From Antedon mediterranea (taxonomy: Eukaryota > Animalia > Echinodermata): a DNA stretch of 64,000 bases. The position numbers and the translations under genes are program-made. The stretch is taken from positions 2,108,001 to 2,172,000 of the forward strand of contig NC_092673.1 in NCBI RefSeq assembly GCF_964355755.1. Reading direction: 5' to 3'. This document shows positions 1 through 23,016 of the stretch, piece by piece (position 1 is the first letter of the stretch; every line of letters starts with the position of its first letter). Under the pieces are notes generated by a model. The model was not told the DNA's origin and did no database searches. It worked only from the letters and a program-made list of their open reading frames with translations.

Positions 1-906
1 CTAGCTAGAATCTAGCTGGGCCTCTAGGTAGGACCTAATAATAGGCATAACCTTGGCTAGCCTAGCTAGAAGCCTCTCAAGCCTAGGCTTAAGTGAAATA
101 TAAAGAGGCAAAGACTATTTACACTCTGCCTCCTCTCATCATCTAGGCCTAGGCCTACTAGGCCTAGCTAGTACTAGTTAGTAGGCCGGGTCAGGCCAGT
201 TTTTATGTGCGATATGCGAGTCATATTTTCTAGCTAGGCTAGCTAGAGGCCTACCTACAGGCTATAGAATAGGCCCAGCCTTATGCCAAGGCTTCTAAGT
301 AGTATTAAAATATAATCACAATTTAGTGTCTATCACAAACATATTTATTAATGACTTGCCAAGCTATAATTCTAAGCCTAGGCGTAGCCTAGACTTTCAT
401 TTTTGAGTTTTGTCACGCGAACGGCGAATTCGATATGTATTTTCGTCTGCTCCGAATGGTTGCTATGGTGTTTTCTACTACATAAGTTTACTAAATATGC
501 TTTGTAACAAGTCAATATTTTATGTAATATCACAAACTACTAATTATAAATAATACCGTATTAAAATTAATTAATATACAGACATTTAATAATTGCTAGT
601 AAATTATTTTTCAGTATATTAAACACATTATTAAACAGTTACTGAACAGCCGGTTAAAGGTCAGTCATGTGGTCATAACAACAACTGTAAACAAAGAATT
701 TTTGCCGACGGACACAGAAACAGAGAGAAGAATAATTCACATGTAAATCCGATTTATAATTACTTTTCTAATGACAATACGATGATGGATTGATGGTGTA
801 CCATAATAATATTAATAATCAAACTATATAAAGAATATTGGATATGTTTATGTTTTTCTATTTATATTATTAACAAATCGGTCAGTTTTTATTTTTTAAA
901 TGCCAA

Positions 907-3079
907 ATGGCATGCCTTGAGCTTAGTAGGCCTTCACCAATGACGGACAAGAAGAATGAACAGCCAAGATCAGACGTATTGGATCAGAGCCAGAAGACTC
1001 GAACTAGTGGTATACGAGGTTCTAAAAGTGTCGCATATCGTGCCAAAGCTGATGGACTGGAGGCTAACAAGAGGAGATATCGGGAACCTGCAGGAACACT
1101 TCTTTCAGAACCTGATGAATTTATGGCAGCCGCAATTGGAGACACTGCATGGTTGAAACAGTCTTTGAAAGATGAAAGAAATCCAAATACACTAGACAAA
1201 AATGTATGCTGTATAAATAAGATTTTGTTTTTTTATGATTAAAAAATAATGCAATACTGTATCGATAACAAAAATCAATTTTTTATTTAAAAAAATGTAT
1301 TTTATTTGACTTTAATTTTCATCCTTATTACAGGGCTTGGCACCAATTCATTTGGCAGCATTACACGGGAGATTGAATTGTTTGCAGCTTTTAATTGAAA
1401 AATACAGTGTTGATGTGAACTTGGGAAGTAGTACTGGTTGGCGCCCGATTCATCTCTCAATCAATAATAGAATTGGTAAAAAATCTACCCAATGTCTACA
1501 GTACTTGCTGGAAAAAGGCGCGGACCCATCGGTGTAAGTGGTTATCAATGATGTTCTCTTAAGCTTCTTTACTAGGCGAATTTGTTCACGTGAACATTTC
1601 GCAGAGAAAACCAACCTTTAACTATAAGAGCGAATAGCTGCGATGTTTATGTTCATCGAGTGTCTGCTCATGGACGTGTCATAGCTCATTTCCTGAGCTC
1701 TGATTGGTTGCACAATTTTTTGCTTAGCAAAAAGTAGAAACAAATTGCAAATTGGATCTTGCACCTTTTTTATTAAGACATCAACCAATTCTTAAATGTA
1801 TTGCCAAAAAATGATTAAAATGTATCTTCGCTGCAGAGTAATAGTTTTATTACACTATTTTCTTTTTGTTTTTAGCACAAATGAAGACAACTTAACGCCT
1901 GTGCACCAAGCATCAATAGAGGGCAGTGTTCAGTGTCTTAATTTGTTGATAAATGCTGGCGGATGTATAGATGTAAAAGATTCAAAAGGACAAACTCCAT
2001 TAGACTATGCAAAGATATGGGGTCACAGAAAATGTGCGAGGTGGGTAAACTAAACAATTGATCTAGAATGCAATGATCTGAAGTGGAAAAAAATCCAATG
2101 TAGATTACAGTCTTACTATATTTTATTACACACAGCGTTTGTAGTGGTGTTCCTTTATTTTCTACTTCAAATGAATTTATCTTAAAATTAACATTAATAC
2201 ATTTTTTCCTTTATTTTTAGAATAATCTCATCAAAAAGTTGGAAGCAGGAAAAAGAGGAATATTTTGACGAAATTGAAAAACTTAAAACTCTAAAAAATG
2301 TTAAAGAAAATGAAGATTTCCATCAAGAAGAAGGTAGAAAAGCAGATAAGGAATTCTACGGCCAGCTATCCTTCACAAACTGGCTGGACAATAAAGGACT
2401 GCAAGGAAAAAATACAGGTCCAACTGCGAGGGAGCTTAGTCCAGTTGCGTGGTCTAAGCAACCAAGGAAATACATTGAACTTCATGGAGATTGGGCATTG
2501 AAAGGCCATAGAGGGGTCGTTAACCCCAACAGTATTAGGAAAGATGATCAACAGCATCAATTGAAAGAGCTTGTTAAGGATTTTGAGAAATCACTTGCAA
2601 CAAAGAAAGGCAGCAAAACTAATAAAAAGTCGGGAATTAAAGATTCCCAAACAACTTTGAAACACAGATTGGCAAATAGTGGTCAAAAAAGAGCCATTAA
2701 TCTACCAGATGAAGTTGTAGAGAAAGTTCTCTTTGACAAACCTTCACCACATCAAAGACCACTTACATTCAAATGTCATAATATCATTGATTCGCAACAC
2801 AAGAAAATTTGGGAAGATGAAGATAAACCATTAGTGGAAATGTATGCACACCTGTCAAACTCTTTGGACTCCTCTTTGTTTCCTAAGAAAGGACCAATCA
2901 GCTCAGTGCAGCATTCAAAAGAACCAATCAGCTCAGGGCATCATTCAAAAGAACCAATCAGCTCAGGGCAAAAAGATGAATCTAGTAGAATATACAAATC
3001 AATGAAGCAGATATCTAAGCCTTACAGGTTTCCAAACATTACTGGCGAGGAATACAAATATCGTTTTGAGATTATTTAA
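907..3079 (+). CDS. ANKRD53: Ankyrin repeat domain-containing protein 53-like (4 exons, ~506 aa)
   Basis: Exons 907-1203, 1334-1533, 1876-2040 and 2221-3079 have GT-AG junctions and join in frame. Ankyrin repeats: GLAPIHLAALHGRLNCLQLL, GWRPIHL, LTPVHQASIEG, GQTPLDYAKIWGHRKCAR. Convergent with TEX261, as in human. Confidence 0.8.
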
Positions 3080-3532
3080 CCAGAACAAGATATTCTAAAG
3101 ACATTTTGAAATAAATTTTTACATTAATAAATTGAATTTAATTGATTAAATTTATTAAGTGAAGAATCGGGTCATGAGAATTTTGTTGTTACATCTTTGT
3201 TTTTATTTTCCAATGTTTGGTGCTTTTTTTAAAATCCAATTCCAAAATTAGAGTTTTCCAAGTGTATTGATCACCAAAAAGATTTCCACCGAATTTCAAA
3301 ATTAACTTTCCTTATACTACTGACAAATCAATATACCATTGTAATATGTAAACATTTTATTCAGAAATAAATAAAAACTAAACTAAATGTATTCTTTTTA
3401 TTCCAGTTTTTTTTTTTCAAAATAATTTAGTACACAAAATGGTAAAGAAAAAAAACAAAGTAGAGGTCCCTTTTGACATAGGCAGTTGACATCAGTATAA
3501 CGTGTATTAAATCATGCTGTATGTTGCCTTAA

Positions 3533-3685
3533 ATTGGTAGTATCTGTATTGATTTGCATGTAGATTGGATCTACCACTAGTAGTACTCCACCTGTGATTG
3601 GTTAAGTGTCTGCATTGGTAGTATCTGTATTGATTTACATGTAGATTGGATCCACCACTAGTAGTACTAACACCTGTGATTGGTT
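3533..3685. repeat. 81-bp tandem duplication in TEX261 3' UTR region
   Basis: ATTGGTAGTATCTGTATTGATTT...CACCTGTGATTGGTT occurs twice. Confidence 0.85.
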
Positions 3686-3969
3686 TATTGACTGCATCCT
3701 GCCTGATTTGTTTAACTGCATAGTTAGTAAGTAACCAATAATAACAATAATATTTCAAAACTCATTAATATTTAATGTGGTATTAAATGCATAAACATTG
3801 CTTCTAAAAATGTACATTAAGTGAAACAATAAACCAAATGGGTTACAGAGAATTAAAACTAATCATAAATAAGCCTTAGTAATACTTGTTTAGTTCTGTT
3901 TCCCCTGGTATATTGTATACTGCTTTACGATAGAAAAACCAAAAATTGTCCATAAGATTTTTTGACCAA

Positions 3970-8058
<4,089 letters not shown>

Positions 8059-8485
8059 TATTTCTGGTTTTTGTTGTTCGCGTTTCGTGGATCGATCGAT
8101 TGACAAATAAAATTTAAACGTGTATCATTGCGTTGTGATGTAAATTCGTTTATGTCCAATAGTGGAGTTTGTTTTTCAGTGTGACGCGTTCGCAAGCTAA
8201 TGAAGAAAACTATACTTGAAATTAAATTTTATTATAGATGCGCTAATAACTCTAATTAAATATTTAATTTACCCAACTCTTGTAGCTAAATGAAGTCAAA
8301 TTTGATTCCGTTGCAATTAGAAACGCAAAGGTGATTAATACAACGCAAAAATGCGTCATTGAAACTCCGGAAGTAACATGCAGCAAGCTCCTTGTTTTTT
8401 AAAGATTAAATTGTAATCGATCACATGCGACCAGTTGCACGCGACGGTATAATTAAACGATTTACCAATTTTAAACGTAGTTTAA
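8059..8485. promoter_or_regulatory. Bidirectional promoter TEX261/SPR
   Basis: Start codons are 427 bp apart, head-to-head. CpG-enriched, with ETS motif CCGGAAGT at 8367. Confidence 0.65.
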
Positions 8486-9283
8486 ATGTCTAAAATGAAT
8501 TTATCCGTTTTTGGGGTACCAACTTTTTGCGTAATAACCGGAGCAAGCCGGGGAATAGGTCGTTCTATTGCTGTAAACCTTTCTGGAAAACTAGACGAAG
8601 AATCATCTATGGTAATCACTGCACGAAATGCGCAGGGTTTGGAAGAAACTAAACGCTTGATTGATTCCATTGCAACGGCGGTGAAAGTTAGAGTTGTAGC
8701 CGGTGATCTGGGTAATTCGTCTGCTTTGAAAACTTTGATCAACTCAATATTTGAAGATGTTGAACCATCTAAATTTAAGCATGCAATTTTAATTAATAAT
8801 GCTGGTACTTTGGGAGATGTTTCCAAAAAAATGCATGAAATTCACGATGATCAGCAACTGCAAAAATACTACTTCGAAAATATAACATCTGCTCATATGC
8901 TTACGGGAAATTTCATCACCGTCTTTCAAAAATTGCCAGAAATAAGAAAAACTGTAGTTCAAATAAGTTCGTTGGCAGCTATAGAGCCAATTCCAACATG
9001 GTCCATGTATTGTACGGCCAAAGCAGCTAGAGATATGCTTTTTAGCGTACTTGCTAAAGAGGAGCCGACTGTACGAGTCCTTAACTACGCTCCGGGACCC
9101 ATTGATACTCAAATGTTGCACACAATCATAGTTAACACTCAAGACGAAAACGTCCGCAAGATGATGAAAGATGTTCTTGAAGAGGGGAAAACTGTCAAGT
9201 TAGAAGACACGGTTGCAAAGTTGATTAAGATTTTAGACTTGGATGAATTTAAATCTGGGTCCCATATTGACTATTACGATTAA
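8486..9283 (+). CDS. SPR: Sepiapterin reductase (SDR family), single coding exon, 265 aa
   Basis: Motifs TGASRGIG, LINNAGTLGD, SSLAA, YCTAK (YxxxK), RVLNYAPGPIDT and the SPR-typical C-terminus SGSHIDYYD. Confidence 0.93.
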   Translation: MSKMNLSVFGVPTFCVITGASRGIGRSIAVNLSGKLDEESSMVITARNAQGLEETKRLIDSIATAVKVRVVAGDLGNSSALKTLINSIFEDVEPSKFKHAILINNAGTLGDVSKKMHEIHDDQQLQKYYFENITSAHMLTGNFITVFQKLPEIRKTVVQISSLAAIEPIPTWSMYCTAKAARDMLFSVLAKEEPTVRVLNYAPGPIDTQMLHTIIVNTQDENVRKMMKDVLEEGKTVKLEDTVAKLIKILDLDEFKSGSHIDYYD

Positions 9284-9802
9284 ATGCACTCTTGAAAATT
9301 GAACAAGTTATTTAATGTTGATACATTTTAATTGTATTATTTTGGTATGATTATAAAGTACTAGTAGTATAATATGAATAGTATCTTTAGTATCGACACA
9401 GTATGAAGCATTATAAAGCATGTTGGTTAAATTGGGGAGTAAATACTGTATTCATAAATAAATGTGGGGTTTTTCAATTTTGGCTTTTAAATTTAAGGTT
9501 ATTATGGTATTACTAATTTTGTGTAGTCATATTATTCTATAGTTTGAATTCTCTGCACACATGGTAAATGCAAGAACAATCTTTTTCTGGTATTTGAAAT
9601 AGTAATAATGGAATAAAATGTCATTGAATGGAATCCATGGAAGAATCTTATTTATTTCTTCCATTTTAGGACACTCCTAGTTGCAAGTAGCAAGTTGTCA
9701 AATTTCTCAGTTCATTTGGTTCATTGTGCTATTGTAGTGGCCAACAGAACAATAAAATTGCTAATAACAAAAGAATGACTCAACTAAATAGTTGAATTGT
9801 TG

Positions 9803-11850
9803 TTATTTTCCATTGTCACCACCCGTAGGACTCTGTACAAAGTTCATTGAATATGACCCTGAATTTGGGTCTTGATTGAATTGGAAGTTACTCGTTGACA
9901 GACCAAATGGACGTAACACCATATTTCCGAGGTCTTTCAACTTTCCCATCATTTCTTCCTTTAATTTTTCATTTCGCTCTTTGATTTTATCAGGCAACCG
10001 CTGAAAAAACAAGAAAACAATTTTAAAAGTAAATCTAGCAGTTTTGTGATAGCCGATTTATTGTACAGCAACAAAACCACTATACTTTTACTTGTTGTTT
10101 TTCCAGTTACATAACTTATTGTGAGATCCTGAGGAAATGATGATGGATACAATTTTAAATTAAAATAAATAAATTCATTTTTCAATCATCTTTAAAAATA
10201 TGTGATTTACCACTCCTTACCATGCAAGCACTGCGGGCGTCATGGCAACCAGGATCCATTTCAAGAGCCTTCTGATAGTCGGCTAAAGCTTCATCTAGTT
10301 TCTCATTCAATTCGTAAGATTGTGCTCGACGCAAAAGAGCTCTCATATACAGGGGATTTAGAATTAATGCTGAAAAAAAGAAATGGAATTAATTTGAAGT
10401 ATGGAACATGTTTTTTTATTTATGCCATTAATTTCAGTACAAATAACACATGAAAAAAGTAATTATAGAAGGCGCTATATATGATTCTTTATTCACCATA
10501 ATACATTACAATGGTCATCATGCGCTCAACTAGAATACTATTGAGTGGAATCAATTGGTCAGTCAGAGGCAAATCAAAAGACCTGAGTTTATGAACCCTA
10601 AGTGGCCCTCAAATACTGGAGGCCTTGGTTGGGCGTTTTTAGCCTTTTTTGCCATATTTTAATGCCTGTCTTTTCCTCTGGGCACTGCTCAGGCCAGTGA
10701 GTGCTCATAGCCGATACGCCACTGATTCTGTTATTTACGTACCTTCTGTACAATCACTAATAGCATCTTCAAGTTGTTCCTATTAAAAAATAACAATTAT
10801 AAAGTAAGTACAGAAGCTTCCATTATTACCAAAGAAAAGAAAAAAATTACAAATACAGTTATTCAAAATTGTCTAAATATTCTCTTTATTCAGCTTCTTC
10901 TGGTGATAAATATTTTCTATTCAGAAATGATTAGCTTACCAGTCGGAGCTTGCAAGCTGCTCGGTTTGAGTACATTATTGACCGTTCTTTCTTAAAGTTC
11001 AAAGGGCAGAGTTCAAGTGCCGTTGTATAAACATCACATGCTTCTAAATATTCTGAGAAAATAAATAAAAATTATTAAATTAAAATCAACTTAAAGTATT
11101 TTAAAGTTAGATTGTACAAAGTTTTTATTTAGGGTGTATAGGGTAAACAACCTCAAATAATAATATATGATCCATCAATATTCTATACTATAGTTATATT
11201 TTACGGTTGGAATATCAAAATGAATTACCTGAGTTTTTAAATAAAGTATTCCCTTTCATTTTATCTTGTTGAGCTTGTTCTTTCCGCTCCTGAAACAACA
11301 ACAATTCAAAAGTTTTAAAAACAAGCTATAACTTAAAGCTAAATGTCATGTAATTCTATTTCAATTTCATTACCATTTTTTCTTCATCGCTTAAATTGTC
11401 CTCCATTTCCATTCTAGCAGCCAATTCTGTTTTAATAAGTGTTTCTGGGTCGTTGACCTCATCATGACCTTCACCATCTCCCTTTTCAGCACAATCTTTT
11501 AAAACATCATTACCATTATTAAATTCTTCTTTTATTGTACTACCATCATTCTTTTTTTCTTCACTTTGACCCAGTTTTATATTTTCTGTTTCTTCAACCT
11601 CAACTGGGTTATCAACTGTTGAATTGTCATTTTCTTCAGTAGTTGCACCATCCACCTTTCCAGATTTTTCCTTTGTTTTCTTTACTTCTTCTTCTGCAAT
11701 TTTTTCAACAGGTTCTCCTTTGCCAAATATATCATCTAACTTGACATGTTTTAATACTTGTTTCTTTTCAAGTTGTACATTTTCTGTGGCATCAAAGTAT
11801 TGTTCATCATCTTCATTTTCTGATGAGGTACAATCATTTATCTTCTCCAT
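9803..11850 (-). CDS. TTC1: Tetratricopeptide repeat protein 1 (6 coding exons, ~344 aa)
   Basis: Exons 11850-11374, 11289-11229, 11052-10940, 10779-10743, 10369-10221 and 10000-9803 join in frame. Acidic N-terminus, TPRs ([23 protein letters not shown]) and C-terminal [25 protein letters not shown]. Confidence 0.92.
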
Positions 11851-12129
11851 TGTATCATCAGCTGAAAGAAAAACACAAGGATTAGAAGAAAAATATTAAA
11901 ACGATAGCAACTACTCTGACCCTGTTTGGATTGACTATAAAGGTCCTAATAGCAAGCCTAACATTGTACTAACTAGAGAGAGTTATATCCCCATCCCCTA
12001 GCTTGGCTAGGCTAGTCTTAGTTAGGGAGGGTCTAGAGACTAGGCCTAGCTATCTACAGACTGTCAGTTAGTAGCTGGCTGAGTTTTCAGTAAATAAAAT
12101 GGTTTTCCGTTCTTTTTGCAACATACCAT

Positions 12130-12372
12130 TTGATTTAATCTACACTACTTAAGTCTAGGCCTTCTTATTGTTTTAAATAAAGCAGAATTTTCTTTTTTCT
12201 ATGCAGAAACAAACCAACTGTCTGAGGAAAGCACGCAACAAGGGAATTTCCCTTGTCTTTTTTTGTCGGAATTTTTGTCTCTTCTTACTTAACTTCCGGA
12301 TAAAAATCACAGCGCCCTCACCGATAGGGGGTTCCCGTGTGTTTATTTTTCTTTCCGCTCGAAACAAAAATA
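12130..12372. promoter_or_regulatory. Bidirectional promoter TTC1/CNNM
   Basis: Putative TTC1 first-exon donor at 12126 (minus) and CNNM ATG at 12373. ETS motif ACTTCCGG at ~12292. Confidence 0.6.
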
Positions 12373-19488
<7,116 letters not shown>

Positions 19489-22385
19489 ACACTGTGTGAG
19501 ACGTTACAAATGTTACCTGAGTAATCACATTCACAGACATTAGAAAACGAATCAGGTTTATTATAAAGACATTTAAACAACTTTTTTCATTTCAATAGGT
19601 TGTTAAAATGGTTAAACAGTTAAATAATGTTCACTTTCTAAAATTACTGGAATAAATATTCAATATATTAATTATTATTAAACATCTTTTATAGAAACGT
19701 AAAGAAAGAAACGATTCCCATTAAAGATAGTGTTCAATCAATAAAATCATTGAGCAATATTAGAGTTTATTTTATATTTCAAACATTTAGGAGTACCATT
19801 CACCACAAATTATGATTTAGTTAGAGGGCTTTCAAAAAACTGTCCTTTTCCTGTTGCTATGGTTATTGTAACTATCCTGGAACCTAGATTTTTTTGGGTG
19901 TAGGATTTGATTTTGAAACAAACATTCCAAATCACAATGTTTTATTTATTTCAACATTTTTCTGTCATTAAAGTGTTACTTGTTTTTACTGGCGTTTGAA
20001 CTTTGCTCTTAAAGTTTGTTTTATGAATTTAAACTAAAGTATTTTTTAAATAGTCTGGCATAATATCGGTCAGTTCTCATCAGCTTCAGATGTCAAATTT
20101 TTTTGTAACAGTAAAAAAAACGGGTATTTATAAATATTAATAAAGTTTTTTCTCATCTAAATACCATATACCTTGGTATAAAATTTGGGAACAATTAGGG
20201 AATGGGATTATATTGTACAGAGATAGGATTAATGGAATTTACTAAACTTTTTTTCCAAATTTAGCCAAAATATTTAAGAGAGACGGGGGTTTAGGGTTTA
20301 TTGAGTTTGTTATAAGAAGTGACATTAATATTTTTTTACTGCTTTAGAAATTAAATTAATATAATTTGGTAACATACAGTATTACAGTAGTATAATTGAT
20401 TTCTTAGGAAGACATAGAAAATGTGACATATTTTTAGTTTTATGAAATTAATTCAGTATATAATTGTTTTATACAATGACCAATTAGAATTAAAATAATT
20501 TTGCTTTTGTAAAATCATATTATAATATGTTGTTGTTAACATTCCTCCTATGCACAATACAGTCTGTGTAACTGTAGTAGAGAAATTATTTTTTAAATAG
20601 TAATAAGAAATTCAGAAATAAATTGTTATTATTCCTTGATAAATAAACTATGCTATATGACAAGATACCCTTTTGATATTTAATATAAGCTACTGTACTT
20701 TATCATTAAGATGACTTTTTTGATAGTTAATGCATTAGTATGGTTATTGTAATAGATGATGTATACTAGTAGTAACCATTGTGTAATACGACTACTGTAA
20801 AGCTAGTATACCCATGTAATTAGACTAATTTGCATACACTATACATATTCATAACATAATTATAATATGGTGCAGGTATGTGTATACTCTCTCAGTGTGC
20901 AAAAGGTTAATTTTTGCATACCATACCAAAAAAGCTTTAGTCGATATATTTATTATATCGTGTTCCACAAATGTGTACTGCCCTCTATAATTTGTATAAC
21001 ATAAAGGATAGAGATCATGTAATATTGATCATATGGGTGCTTCTAATTAAGGAGAGACCAACTGGGTGATTTATCGGTCATGCTAGGTAGAACACTAATA
21101 GTAATGTAACAATACCCAGTCAAGTCAAGGCTTCCCCCCCCCCCCTTTTTTTTTTAGGGAGGGCTAATTCCAAATGCCATGTGATTTTGATACATAATTG
21201 ACCAATCAAATTGCAAGAATACAATCAGGTGTGTAATAACAGACAATATCTGAATTGGAATTGTATTTTAAATATACATATGGTGTGTACAATATACATG
21301 GTATGTACAGTATGCATATTAATGACTTTATTGAGGTTAGTAAAGCAATACTTTACTCTGAAATGGGTCATACGCACATCTGGAGTAACGTTCAAATCAA
21401 TTTTTTAAGCCTAAAATACAGGGGAATTTTACTAAAATGAGAGTTTATGTGACAGGTTAGGGATTTAAAAAATAATTATAGTTTAAATAAATCACATCAT
21501 TTAAAATACACTAACAACTGGTGATATAGATTATTTAAAAAATCTCATTAGTTACAACTCGCAAATGATATATTATATTATAGAGAAAGACATTATTATA
21601 TGTTATAATTACAAGGTTTGTCATGAGAAAAAGCAATAAATTAAATGTTTTAATGTTGGCAAATGTCTGAGAAATGTGTCTTTATTTTTAATAAAGTTGC
21701 TTGTCTAGGCCTAGCTACACTGCCTATTTATATAGTTTAGCTTACCTTTGGATGGCTCACGAAATGCATTACATTTTTCAATTTTTTTTTAGTAGGCCTA
21801 CTTGTAACAGCAGACACGTCGCCTAGGCCTAGTACAGGCTGTACTCGTAGTATGCAAACACACCACCATCAACACGCGACTACTCACAGTGTAGACACAC
21901 GTGTGTGACAATCCATTCAAAAAACACGTGACGTTTCCTGTACTGTACGCTGTTTGTGATTGGTCGATAGTTACAACTGGCAACTTACCACGTAGTGTAA
22001 AAAAAAGGGAAAGTTTTTCGTCCAATAATACTAAAAGTTTGGAACATTTTTAATGTTGGTATTGAATAGCACATAGAAAAAATTAAATATGCTGCTACAT
22101 CATAAAGTTGGAAAAAAAAGTAAAATCATAAAAATAGTAAAATAAGAAAAATTTATTAATATGGATTAACATTGGATCATGTTGATTGATAATACCAATT
22201 TTGGAATTGATTATATTTGACATTACAGTCATTGTTGCCTCAGATTACAGTAACAATATTTTTAAAGATATATTGAAGATATGATAAGATTTTTAATATA
22301 TATATATATATATATATATTTCTCCTTGTTCTGTTTACAGAGAAAGAAGTGTCTTTCTATTCAGTTAAACTCCTTCATTTTCAAG

Positions 22386-22561
22386 AATCAACTTCAACCT
22401 GATTACGTTTACGATAGAATATGTGGCCATGTTCTAGTTCCTCTTGGAAGAAGGGGACAGGTCGAATAAAATCTTCAATTCATTCCATATCCTCCATCAA
22501 ATGTTCAAGATTCAGATCGTGAATTACAACATAAAGACCGGATGCAGACTCATTCTCATTA
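22386..22561 (-). pseudogene. Duplicated fragment of DCAF10 exon 4
   Basis: 22401-22549 is nearly identical to 24731-24879 (offset 2330), then a deletion rejoins CATTCTCATTA. Confidence 0.9.
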
Positions 22562-23016
22562 GTATACAGACATTACAACATTGATCACTGGCAGATTGTA
22601 GAATAGTCTGGGTTCCAGACGGAGTTTTGTTTTAATATTGTATTAGTAAAAAGATAAATATTTTGGCACATATGGCGTTTCATACGTATACTACTTGAGC
22701 TTGGATACTTGTATTTTCAGACAAAAATCGAAATAAAAACAAATAAAAAAAAAAGACAATGAATACAGACTTGGGGCAAGTCTAAGGTAATTGTAGAAGA
22801 GTGATGAAATCACTATTTATTAATGTCTTCTAGTACTCTACTTCTGCAGGGTATATAGTTTATATCAAGTTGTGGTTCCTATAAAGTGAAGCTTCTTTCT
22901 TAAAATATGATTAAATTAAAATACTGTAATCAAAAAATTCTTTTCTACAGTATAAAATGTAAATAATATTCAAAAGATTATTGCATTATTGCAAGTACTT
23001 TTAATAATAATGTTTG

